A stretch of DNA of 64,000 bases from the NCBI GenBank assembly GCA_031835245.2, contig JAVKOQ020000003.1, positions 434,001-498,000 of the forward strand, in the 5' to 3' direction. How positions within the stretch are numbered: the stretch's first letter is position 1; every line of letters begins with the position of its first letter. Shown here piece after piece: positions 1 through 11,540 of this stretch. Source of the DNA: Balamuthia mandrillaris (taxonomy: Eukaryota). The notes beneath the pieces were generated by a model. It had not been told where the DNA came from. It saw only the letters and a program-made list of their open reading frames with translations, and ran no database searches. A program made the position numbers and the translations under genes.

Positions 1-157
1 CTGCGCCGTCTGGTGCTGTCCTCCGGTGGCAATGAGGCAGGAGCCGAGCTGGACATCAACGCCGCTGTGCCTGCCACTCCGCTCTTTGTGGGTGAGTCAC
101 CCACCCTCACGGCTTGTGTCTCTCTCTTCTCTTCTTTTCTTCTCTTGTTCACTTCTT

Positions 158-205
<48 letters not shown>

Positions 206-1637
206 CTGATTCGTTGTTTCTCCTTCCTCTGCTTCTTCCGAGTAGCATGCCAACAAGGCCGAGCGGAGGCAGTCTCCCTCCTTCTCTCCGTGGCTGGCGT
301 CCAAGTGGACGCCCCTCACCGCGCCTCAGGCCAGACGCCCCTCTACGTGGCCTCTCTCCACGGGCACGCCTCCGTAGTGCGAGTGCTGTTGGAGGAGGGA
401 GGGGCCGATCCGAACTTGCCAGTGGTGCAGGACGGGACCACCGCCCTGTTCGTGGCCTGCCAGGAGGGGCATGCGGATGTGGTGGCAATCCTGTTGGAGG
501 AGAAGTATGGTGTAGACCTCAATAGAGCTACAAGAATGGGAGGTAGGTTCTCTCTGTTCTCTCTCTCTATTCCTGCTCTGTTTCCTTGTTAATCGTCCTC
601 CTCCTTATCACCTCCTTCTTTCATCCAAAGGAACCGCTCTCTTCATTGCCAGTCAGGAAGGTCATCACCAAGTAGTCTCGCTTCTTCTCTCCCACGGTCG
701 CCAACTGGACCTCCATGCCCGCACATTGACCGGAAGCAGTGCCCTATCCGTGGCCAGCGCCAACGGCCACCATGGCATTGTCTCCTCTCTGTTGCAAGCT
801 GAAGGTGAGTTCAAGTTGAGAGCAACTGCGTTGAATGGAATGGCACGCGATGGAACCACTCCTCTCTTCTTGGCATGTGAAGGCGGACATTTGGGGGTTG
901 TTCGATTGTTGTTGAGACATCAACACGCTCCTCCTCAACAGGATATAGAACAAGACAAGAAGCAGAAAGAAGAGGATAGTGATGAAGAAGGTGAAGAAGA
1001 TGGCAGAGTGAAGCTGAATACGAGAAGATTTAGCGATTGGATGACGCCTTTGTTGGTTGCGGTTGAGCAAGGTCACGACGCCGTTGTTCATGAACTCCTC
1101 TGTTCTTCCGCCTCCGCTCCTCCTCCTTCTACGGAACCATCAACAGCAAACGAAGACGCTAACGGAAGAGTGATCTCGAATGGATTGCAGTTGGACTTGT
1201 TTTTGGAAGCTAAGAGAGAGGATGGATTCGGCGCCTTGAGCTTAGCTGCCAGTCAGGGAGCAGCTCCCGTTGTGGACTGGCTCCTTCAATGCGGAGCCAA
1301 CCCGAACTCTGAAGTTTCTGAAGGTACGAAAACGTAGACAGAGCGCGAGAGAGAGAACAAGCGAGAGTAAGAACATCCGACTCAACCGCGAAACGAACAA
1401 AAAATAGGAGTAACCCCATTATATCTGGCGGCGAGTAACGGCCACATATCGGTGGTGAAGCTGTTGCTTGAGCACAGTGGGGTCATGGTGGATGCGGCCA
1501 CGCCGGACGGTCGCACTCCTCTCTCAGCCGCTGCCCAAGCCGGTCACGGCGATGTCTTCAGAGAGCTGATGAAGGCGGGCGCGCTTCCTCCCTCTCTCCC
1601 TCCTGTTCGCCTGTGCGGCGATCATGTGACGTCATAA
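1..1637 (+). CDS. Ankyrin-repeat protein, multi-exon, 5' end outside the window
   Basis: Repeated TPL/TAL..A..GH..VV..LL ankyrin motifs across ORFs 26-592, 726-1337 and 1452-1637. GT-AG introns at about 92-245, 543-630 and 1324-1407; stop at 1635-1637. Confidence 0.9.
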
Positions 1638-1895
1638 CATCCACAAAAGGTAAAATTATCCCATATTTTGACCAATCGGAAAGTTTTAACACCATTTACC
1701 CGAAAAAACAGGTCAAGTTGGGCTCCATTTGTGCTGTAGATATCAAAATTTGCCGAAAATTACCAAAAAAAAAAATAAAAAACGAATTTTGAAAATGACG
1801 TAATTAGGGATTATAAATAAAAGGTTTTAATAGATGATCTGATCGTCGACAGAAATGAGTATTCTAAAAAGAAAAAGAAAGAGAGAGAGAAAAAG

Positions 1896-4843
1896 ATGAA
1901 CTTCCCAGCAGGAGGAGGAGGGTGGCCACCCCCTCACGGTGGTCCTCCACCACCTTTTCATGACGCTTCTCTTTTTATCCCGAGTCCTTCTCTCTCTTTT
2001 CCAGGCCCTCCTACTACAGCCCCTTATTTTGGAGGCAGTGGAGGAGGAGATGGATTGGATTTTCCTCCTCCACCCCCGCCTACCTCTTCTTCTTTCTACC
2101 CATACTCACAGGAAGGAAGTTGGCAGCAACCACCACCACCATCACCATCACCTCAACCGCAACCGCCACAAGCAAGTTACTTCTTTCCTGCTCCCCAACA
2201 ACAGCAGCAGCAACCACAAGCACCACCATTTCACTACAATAACGTAGCGAGTGATTTGTACAGCGACTCTGCCACTACTTCTTCTTCTTCTTCATCTGCT
2301 TTGGAGTTTTATCAGCAAAACAACAACCACAGCAGCAACAATGACTACCATCACCACCACCAGTCCGAGCCATTCGGGTACGCTCCGTCCACGTTGGGGC
2401 CAGCTCATATGGGAGGAGGAGGCCCTTTGTTCCACGTCGACGGGCCAAGCAACGACCAACAGCAACAGCAACACGGCTTCTCTCTTCCTCTCGCCTCCTC
2501 CTCCTTTTATCCTCCTTCTCATTTATCCTCTTATCCTCTTGATACCTCCACCGCAACAGCTCCTTCTTCTTCTTCTTCTCCTTCACCTTCTTCATACCAT
2601 CCTTCAGACCTTCCTTTTGGTGCCAGTCTTTCTTCTGATGCTGCTTCTTCTTCGGGTTCTTTTGATGCCTCGTCACGGCCTCCTCCTCTCCCTAATGCCT
2701 TCTCTTCTTCTTCTTTTCCTTCTCTTTCTGCTGCCGCTTCTTCTTATCCTTCTTCTTCCCTACCTTCTGTGAATGATCCACTTTGTTCACCTTCTCATAT
2801 CCCATCGTCTCTGCCGTCTTCCACTTCTTCTCCGTCTGCTTCTTACTATCCCGTTTCTCCTTCTTTAATCCCCTCGTCTACTTCCTCGTCTTCTCTTCCT
2901 CCTTCTTCAGCACGTTTATATCCTTCTCTTTCAGCTGCTGCCTCTTCCCCTTATCCTTCTCTTTCGGTTGCTGCTGGTGCTACGGCATCTCATGAACACC
3001 CTTCTGCTTCTTATCTCTCCTCACACGAAGTTCTCCCTTCAGCTCCTCCATTGTTGGATTCATTGATTCCTTCCACGCTTCTTGCTTCGTTACGTTTAGA
3101 CGACTTTTTAAACACTTCTGCCTCTTCCTTTGGACTTAATTATGAGCAAAGTTGGTTGAGCGAAGAAGAGGAACAGAGAAAATGGGAAGAAGAAAGAAAG
3201 AGAGCGGAAGAACAGGAGAGAATACAAAGAGAGGAGGAGGAACGATTGTTGGCAGAGAAGCAAAAGATTGAAGCGGAGAAGAGAAGACTGTTGGAAATGG
3301 CAGAAGAGTTGGCGAGACTGGAAGAAGAAAAGAGGCGAGAGTTGAGAAGAAGCAAAAAGGAACAGAGAAGAAAGAGGCTACAACAAATGGAGGAAGAGGA
3401 AGAAGCGCTTAGGTTGGAACGAGAGAGACGATTGAAAGAAATGGAAGAAAGAAAACGTCAAGAAATGGAGCAGTATCAATATGAAGAAGAAGAAATTTAC
3501 CGCAAACAGGAAGAAGAAAGAGAAAAAGAACGACGGAGAATCGCTAAAGAAAAAGAAGAGGCGGAAGCAAAGAGAGCAAGAGAGGAACAAGAAGAGAGAG
3601 AAAGAATTCGAAAGGAAAAGGAAGAAATAGAAGAACAGAAGAAAAAGCTTTTAGCTTTGGCCGAACAACTTCATTCACAAGCAGAAGCTCAAAAAGAACT
3701 TGAGCGCAAACTGCAAGAAGAGAAAGAAAGAAGCAAAGCCCAAATCGAACAACAGCTGAAAGAGGAAGAGGAGAAGGTGCAATTGTTGAAGTTAGTTGTG
3801 GAAGAAGAGAAGAAACGATTGAAAGAGGAAATGGAAGCGAAGGAAAGCGAACTTTTGGCTCAACGCGAAAAACTGGAACAAGAGCGAAAAGAACAAAAAC
3901 AGAAGGAAAGAGAAAGAGAATTAGAGGAAGAAAAGAAAAGGCAACAACAGAAAGAAGAAGAGGCGCAACAACAACGAAGAGAAGAAGATAAAGAAGAAGC
4001 GTTGAAACGAAAACAACAAGAAGAAGAGAAGATAAAGCAAGAAGAGAAAGAGAAGGAAAGACAGAGATTGGCACAATTAGAACAAGAGAGAGAGGAGCTA
4101 GAACAGCTGAAACGTAAAGAAGAGTTGCTCCAGCAACGAAATGAGGAACTGGCCAGAAAAGAAGCGCTTCTTCGAGAGAAAGAAGAAAAATTGCTCAAAG
4201 ATGAACGTTTGATAGCCTCTCTTCAACAACAACAATCTCAAGCCAACCTCCAAGACGAGAAAGTGAAGGAAGATGAAGAAACATCCTCCACTGTGATTGC
4301 AGCACCCCTACCACCACCACTTCCCCCTCCACCTCCTTCTGCTTCTTCGACTCTGCCGGCTTTCACAAAGAAAACCAGCCAAGAGGCATCCGCCCCACAG
4401 AAAGAAGCGAGCCAAGGCGAAGATGGACGATCCGCGTTGATGGCGCAGCTGGTCTCCATGAACAAGTCCACACTGAAGAGGGTGACTAACCAGCAGAAAC
4501 AAAAGCCACCTCCTTTGCCTGCTGATGAGGTGCTTATTCTTTCGCTTTGCCCAACCATCTGCTTTCTTTTCAACCAAACAGCTTATCTTAACCTTTCCGA
4601 CAGAATGACTTTTTGTCTCAAATGCGAAACACTATCGAACGTCGCCGTGAAGCTATTCAAGAGTACTTCTCTCGTTCACTCTTCCCTCTTCTACTCTGTT
4701 CTCTCATTCTGCTCTCTCTTCCTTTCTCTCTTCTTGCTTCTTGCTCTCTCGCTCTCTTGTATTTCTTAACTGACCCAACGTTCAATTCGAAATCCAGTGA
4801 CCTTTCTTCTGACGAAGATAGCGATGATGAAAGCGGCTGGTAA
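1896..4843 (+). CDS. WASP/SCAR-type actin nucleation-promoting factor: Pro/Ser-rich N-terminus, long charged coiled coil, poly-Pro, C-terminal WH2-Central-Acidic module
   Basis: Exons 1896-4529, 4604-4662 and 4798-4843 splice in frame (912 aa). WH2-like GRSALMAQLVSMNKSTLKRV, C-like NDFLSQMRNTIERRREAIQ, acidic end DDLSSDEDSDDESGW*. Confidence 0.8.
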
Positions 4844-4943
4844 GAAAATATAGCTAGACTTAAAAAGACTTTCGACACAAACTTGAGTCAGTGTTATTAT
4901 TTATAGCTTGTCTCTGTCTTTAATGTTTTTGGAAACAATGACT

Positions 4944-6741
4944 TTACGTTTGTTCTTTTACTGCTTCTTCTCCCTCTCTTCTCCGAGGCAGAACGTTCTC
5001 CTTCTCCTGTTCCTCTTCCTGCTCTTGCTCTTCCTCTTCATCACCCTCGTTTTCGTCTTCAATTTCTTCATCGTCCTCCTCTTCTATCTCTGATAATGAC
5101 AATTCTCTTTCCTCCTGTTCTTCTTCTTCGACTTCATCCTCTTCTTTGCTTTCTCTCGTGAGCGGCTTTAATACCTTCACCACGGACAAATGACCTCTTG
5201 TTTGTGCCCACTCCAACGCGTTTCTACGTTTTGTTGTTCTCTCCTCTGTTTTGTTGCCTCTCTCCCGTGCATCCACATCAATCTCGTTCTCTTCCAGCAA
5301 TCGTTTCACCACGTCTTCGTTTCCATTTGCTGCTGCATAACTTCGTTTTTTGTAAAAGGTGAGCAAGAGATAAAAGAAGCAGAAGAGAACAAGGAGTATA
5401 CATTAAAGGAGTGCGCCCATTCTTGATTTTTGCATTGACATCAGCACCGTACCGCAGCAACAAATCGCAGAGCTCAACGTTCCCTCTTGACGCCGCTTTG
5501 TATTTAACAAAAGTCAACAGGAAAGAAAATAGTGGAGAACGAGACAGAATGAACGAACCAAGATGCAAAGGAGTGCGATGCCGTTTGGAACGACAATCGG
5601 GGTCGAAAGAGAGCGACGACAGAAGAAACGCAGCAATGCTCTCTCGCTGATGCTCGCATGCAAAATGTAATGCTCCTTCGCGACGATCGTCCACCGCGTT
5701 CACGTTTGCTCCACTGGATAAAAGCAACTGCAACGTTTTCTCTTCTCCGGCTATGACTAGATTTAAACGATGAGTAAGAAAAAGAAAAACAAAAGAGAAA
5801 AGTAAAGGATAAGACAAAACGGAGAAGGAGAAGAAAAATAACCAGAATAGTGGAGAGGAGTTCGTCCGTCCTCATCTTTAGCTTCAATATTTGCTCCATA
5901 ACTATGGTGACAAAACAACCATATTTGAAAAAATCATCAGCTCAAACGGAATAGACAAGAAAGGGAGAGAAAGAGGATACGCACTCGATTAACGCTGCAA
6001 CAACTTCTTCGCCATTTCTAGTCTCAGCAGCGAGATGCAGCGGTGTCTCTCCAGTTTCTGTTGTTGCGTTCAAAGCAGCTATTCAAAGCGAGAGCGGGTC
6101 TAATGTTAGAGAAGCAGAAGGACAAGAAGAAAGAAGAGAGAAACAACCTCCACATTCTACGAGAAGCTTTAGTATGGATTTGTCAGCAGCGTTCATAGCA
6201 GCGCGGTGGAGCGGCGTGAAGCCCTCTCCATCTCTCCTATTAACATCAGCCGTTGGCCACATTTCCGTACTTTCTTCGTCACTTTCTGTTGTTGCTCCTC
6301 GCCTCCACTTTAACAACATCCATAACACATTTGCTTCTCCTCTAGCAGCTGTTTTTTAAAAGAAAAGATCAGCAATGAGAAAGAAAGAGAGAAGGAAAAA
6401 AGGCGAGAGGGAGAGCAAAACAAACCAGCAAGAGAGAGCGGGGTCCAGCCGCCAGTGTGAAGAGCGTTGGGGTTTTCTCCTCGCTCCAGGGCGGCCAGCA
6501 CCTGATCCTTTTTGCCATAAAATACAGCATTGAAGAGCGGCACATCTGCTTCTTCTTTTCTGGATCCGTTTGACGAGAGATTTTGATTTTGTTGAAGCGA
6601 TTGCGCAGACGGAAGGGAAGAGAGAAGAGCGGATCCTGTCTTGGGTGCGTTTGCGGAGAGGATGCGTTGGAGAAGCTGCTCTTTTCTTCTTTTTAGTTCT
6701 TCTTCTAGTCGTAGTTTTTGTGGTTGTTCGTCTTCTTCCAT
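4944..6741 (-). CDS. Ankyrin-repeat protein with acidic C-terminal tail, multi-exon
   Basis: Ankyrin motifs GWTPLSLA, GFTPLHRAA, GALHFAC, RTPLHL, GRTPLM and NALEWAQTRGH in successive minus-strand exons; ATG at 6741. Confidence 0.85.
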
Positions 6742-6807
6742 CTTTTTTTTTTTTTTTGGATTTGCTTTTTTCTTTAATTGTTTTTTTGTTTTTATGGATT
6801 TGTTGAG

Positions 6808-7082
6808 TCACGAAGAGGAAGCGAAGGCGGATGCGAGTTGTTGCAAGTAGGAACGTGAAGTGGAGGACAAAAGCGTTGTTGAAGAGGTTGTTGTCTTTGT
6901 TCGTCTTCTTTGCACTGATGTGGACGTTGTTGACGTCGGTAACACTTCTCGCTTTCTCTTTTGTGCAGAGGAAGAAGAAGAAACAGAGTCGTTCTTGTGT
7001 TTGCAGTCGTCCACTTGTTTTGTTACTTCTCTTATCTGCTCTTCAACTATTATTGTTTTGTGGAGTTACAATAAAGAGCGAA

Positions 7083-7117
<35 letters not shown>

Positions 7118-7444
7118 AAACCTCTTTCCAGCTCTTGCTGCTCCCTTTCGAGGGACAGCCTCTCCGCTTCTCTCGCTCGGGCCGCTCGCTCCTCCTCCTC
7201 TTGCAGCTGGACTTGCAAGAGCGCCGTGCGTTGGGTCAGGCGTTGCAGCTCCGCCCTCTTCTGTTGGAGCTGAGCCTCGACGGCGGGGAGCTCCACCTGC
7301 AGGAGCCGTTGGTGCTCCTCCTCGAGGTCGTGCTTGCGTTGCTCAGTTTGCAGCAAGGCTTCCATCAAGGGCTGAACCTGTTGTTGTTGTTTGGGTCAGA
7401 AGAAGGCAAGCAAGTAAGAAAGAAGATGCAAAGAAGAGAAGGAA

Positions 7445-7483
<39 letters not shown>

Positions 7484-7861
7484 AGAGAGAGAGAGAGAGA
7501 CGCAGAGCAGAGACAACGAGAGAGAGAGAGAGAAGGAGAGAGAGAGAGAGAGACGCAGAGCAGAGACAACGAGAGAGAGAGAGAGAGAGAGAGGAAGAAA
7601 GAAAAGAAAACCTCTTCGATGAAAGGACGGTTCTTGTTGAGAGCATCCCGTTGCTGGTAGTGCCGTTCGATCTCGGCCTCCTCGCAGCGGATCCGTTCGG
7701 CGAGCTGCGCGACGCGCTCCTTCTCCCTGTGTAGGCTCCTTCTCAGCGCCTGGTTTTGTTCCTGCAAAAAAACACACACACACACACACAAAAAAAGTAA
7801 GACAAAAAAGAGACCCGACAGCAGCGTTAAAAAGGCGTACTTCCAGCCCGTGGATGTCCAT
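6808..7861 (-). CDS. Small coiled-coil protein of unknown function, 4 exons
   Basis: Hand-spliced as MDIHGLE|EQNQALRRSLHREKER...FIEE|VQPLMEALLQ...QQELER|VEEQIREVTKQVDDCK...FASSS*. The introns carry (CT)n tracts. Confidence 0.65.
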
Positions 7862-8297
7862 GTTTTTCTGGTTTTTTTTTTCTTCCAGCGGTTTTGGCTG
7901 TGCCACGCCTCTCGCCAGCAATTTTTGAGAGGATTACGGGAAGGGCACTTTTTTGGCGGGAAAGATGACCATAAAATGGCTGCACGTGAGGACCTTTCCA
8001 AAATGAGGGTTCAATTGCATTTTTGGTCCAGAACGAACGTCAGGAAAAGAATCACGGCAAAAGAGTGTCCAGTGGCTGTAGAGCATTTACTGCGGACAAA
8101 TTCGATTCAATCAAGGACATTACCATTTCCACGGAACGCCCGCGTCTCTTCGGGAAGGAAGAAGACAGACGTTTTCTGTGGCTTCTCTAGTAAGCCCTCT
8201 GAAAACAAGCTATTTGGGGGGGGTTAACTTCTTTTTGAAGACAGCAAAAGGTCTTGTTTGGCAACAACCACAACAACAACAACAACAACAAAGGCAA

Positions 8298-10584
8298 ATG
8301 GAAGGCAAGCATAGACACCATAAGAAAGGACGGAGCAAAGCCACACCCAAGGTTCTTAGAGGCAAAGCCGACAAGAGCATAGAGGAGAGCGTCAAGGAGC
8401 GCTTCTCCCCGGAAGAGCGCCGAGCCTTCACTCTGCACATCAATCTTTTGCTCTCGGACGATGCGGACCTTGCCGGTGACCTCCCCATGGATCCGAACAC
8501 CGACGCTCTGTTCGAAGTGGCCTCCAAGGGAGTTCTTCTTTGGTACCAAAGATTACTTCTATGCCCTTCTCTGGGTCTTGCTTTGATACTGATCCTCGTT
8601 TCTTCTGTCCGCAGTAAACTAATCGATAGGGTGAAGCCGGGTCTTATTGACAAGTCCAAACTGGAGCTCGGCGCGAACAGCGTCTTCAAGGTTCTGGAGC
8701 GACACAACATGGCCATCGCAGCAGCCAAGGAGATGGGCTGCTCCATCACCAACGTGGGCGCTGCTGATCTCGTGGACAAACAGCCTCACCTCATTCTTTC
8801 GCTTGTCTGGCAAATACTTAGGGTAACCACTTGCTCGTCATTCATGCCAAGCATTTTTTCATGTCTGATTTCTCCTTGTCTTTGTTGTTCTTCATGTCTT
8901 CTTTCTCCCCCCTCATCTAAAGGTTGCATTGGTGGAAGGTGTAAATATCGAGCAACATCCAACAATGGCCCGTTTCCTGGAAGAGAGCGGTGACGAAATT
9001 CACACTGCCGCCTCTTCTTCTTCCTCCTCTTCCTCCTCTTCCTCCTCTTCATCCTCTGCTGCTAACAGCCCCTCCGTCGCCCGCGTGGCCAGAGGAGAGC
9101 ACAACCTCCTCAAATGGTTTAACGCCATCTTGAAGCAAAAGGGCTACGAGCCCATCAGCAATCTCGGGGAAGACATCAAGGATGGCACCGCCTATCTCAT
9201 CCTAATGAACGCTATGGCTCCCGAGCTCTGCGAGTTCCGCGATATGTTCAAGGAGAATGCCGAGGAACGCGCCGCCGCTGTGGTGGAGAATGCCAGCCGC
9301 CTCGGCTGTGATCAGTTTGTGAGCACAAAGGAAATTCTCAGCGGAAACAGGAAGTTGAACCTGGCCTTCACTGCCACGCTCTTCCATAAACACGCCCAGC
9401 TGGAGGAGAGGAAGAAGCACGCAGCTACACAGCCGGTGGCCAAGGTCCACGATGAGGATATCCAGAGGTTGAGGCAGCAGGTTTCGAAGCAGGAGGCCTT
9501 TATAAAGGCCAAGGATGAGGAGCTGCAACGCCTGAGAGAGATGGCTTCAGTGGCTAAAGAGCAGCATGCTCTCCAGGAACGCATGCAGCGAGAGCACGAT
9601 GCCCTGACGCAGGAAAAGAGAAGGTTGGAAGAGGAGCTGAGCAAGCATGAAGCTAGGCTGAGGGAGAGAGAAGCGCAGATCAAGAAGCGGGAGGAGGAGG
9701 TTACCAAGATGATTGCCCTGCAGAGGCAAAGGGAGGAAGAGGAACAGAGGAGGAGAAAAACGGAGGAGGAGGCCCAGCGGAGCCGCTCTCAAGAAGAAGA
9801 GAAGAGGAAGTTCATCGAAATGCGGAACCAGGAGGAATACGAGAAGAGCAAGCGTATCGAGAGCGCGAACAGGAAGGAGATGATGGAGTTTGTCAAGCTC
9901 AACGATGAGAAGAAGCACCACCAAAAGGCACGTGAGCAAAAAGAAAAGGAGGAGTCCAAGCTAAAAGCAGAAAGGAAGCAGTATTCTGCAGTTATCTTTA
10001 TCACGCAGAAGCCAGAAAAGTAAGCAAATCTTTCTCATTCTTGTAAGATGAAAAATGCACTTGCTTACTTTTGTTTTTCTGTTGTTATGGTCTAGATATG
10101 CCCAAGTGGAGGAACATCTATTGAATCAACATCGCAATCCTGTATTTTGTGGAGAGAGCAAACGCGTGATGCGTTACCTGGAAAGAGGCGCTCAACACGT
10201 GGTCTTTACGGAGCTTTTCAGCCAAGACGACCAGAAGCACAACCTCTCGGTTGAGATTGCCATTTCGATAGTGGAGAGATTCCCTGAGGTCACTCTCATC
10301 TGCTGGAACAACAAAGTATCCAGAGAGCTCAAACTGCAAAAGAAATGCAAGAAGATTGGTACGTCTCAGAGAACTTGTGACAAGAAGAGAAGACAACGAG
10401 AGTAAGCAAAAGAGAGAGAAGCACAAGAGATTGAGAGAAGGAGAGAAGAGAAAACTAAACAACGACTAACAAAACGTGAAAAGGAGCATTACCTGTAAAA
10501 AGAGGACAAACGCTGTGGAAACTCTTGGGAGTGAAGGAAGCTCCTTTGGTCAGCAAGGCAGCGCCAAAGCCAGACCAAAAGTGA
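8298..10584 (+). CDS. Fimbrin/plastin-like protein with one actin-binding domain (two CH domains), coiled coil and a C-terminal receiver-like domain
   Basis: Fimbrin CH1/CH2 motifs EERRAFTLHIN, GCSITNVGAADL...HLILSLVWQILR, LLKWFN, DIKDGTAY and GNRKLNLAFTATLF. Last exon about 10484-10584. Confidence 0.85.
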
Positions 10585-10639
10585 TCCGACGCTGCTTGAG
10601 TCACCACTCACAAAAAAGCTTTCTCCCTTTGTTGCTCAA

Positions 10640-10670
<31 letters not shown>

Positions 10671-10740
10671 CCCATAAAATACCGTCGCGTGAAGCAGAAA
10701 GAAGTACAAACAAGGTTTTCATTGCTATTGCTTTGCTGTA

Positions 10741-10866
10741 TGGTTTCTAGTCCCTGAACTCCCATGGCTGTCGACACATGGGGCAGTTTTGGCTTTCCGT
10801 TTGGCTACTGATCCACCGCAAGATGCAGTGCATGTGAAAGGCATGTTTGCATTTACCCCACACTTT
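10741..10866 (+). ncRNA. Candidate small structured RNA with two hairpin domains, family unidentified
   Basis: ACCCATAA at 10670-10677 ends 64 nt before the proposed start. Stems CCCATG/CATGGG, TAGTC/GGCTA, AGATGCA/TGCATTT and GCATGT/GCATGT include G-U pairs. Confidence 0.3.
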
Positions 10867-11286
10867 CAAAAAAAACCAAGAGGAGAAGAGGACACCCAAA
10901 AGGTCAGCTACCAGAGACGAGATGGAGAGCCGGGAGAAAACTTACTTGGTGGGCAATTGTCTCCAGGAAGTTTGCAGTTGCTGCAATAGCTATCAAAGGG
11001 CATGCGACAAATGCCACAACACTCATCCTCCACTTTCCAGTGCCACTCCGCTACGCCGTGCCATCTGAAATTTGAGATGAAGTAAGTGTTTTTTTACTTT
11101 ACGTCATTTTTTTCGTTTTGTAAACAGCGTTGGATAATACAAATGAAGCTTCTTTTGGTACCTGGTGATTTTAACCTTGAGTTTCGCTGGCCGCTGTTCA
11201 TCGATCCCTTCCTCTTCCGCCGTGCTTTTGCCCTCCATCTCGGGGTTTCCCGCCCTTTTTTTTTTTTGTGTTCCGCTTCACTTTCA

Positions 11287-11470
11287 TGACGTCACGTTCC
11301 TATTTATCGAACGAATTTCATGATCTGAACTCAAATCACCAATCAAAAATCAAACATATGGCATGGAGTCACTGATGACGTGTCGCTCCCGGATCTCAAC
11401 TTTTTTCAGACTACCAATCAAAAATCAAAAAGGTGCTGATTTGGTGACGTGGAGACGGTAATGACGTGTC
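11287..11470 (+). promoter_or_regulatory. Cluster of TGACGT (CRE/ATF-like) and CCAAT motifs upstream of the P-type ATPase
   Basis: TGACGT at about 11287, 11377, 11445 and 11462; ACCAATCAAAAATCAAA occurs twice (about 11338 and 11413). Confidence 0.45.
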
Positions 11471-11540
11471 ACTGAGGCAAACAAAAAAAAAAAGAGTAGC
11501 GACAAAAAACGTAGCAAAAAAAAAAACAAACGTAGCGACA

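Noticed and set aside
7470..7590. Direct duplication of about 50 bp inside an intron
   Set aside because: Slippage within a (GA)n tract; no sign of function.
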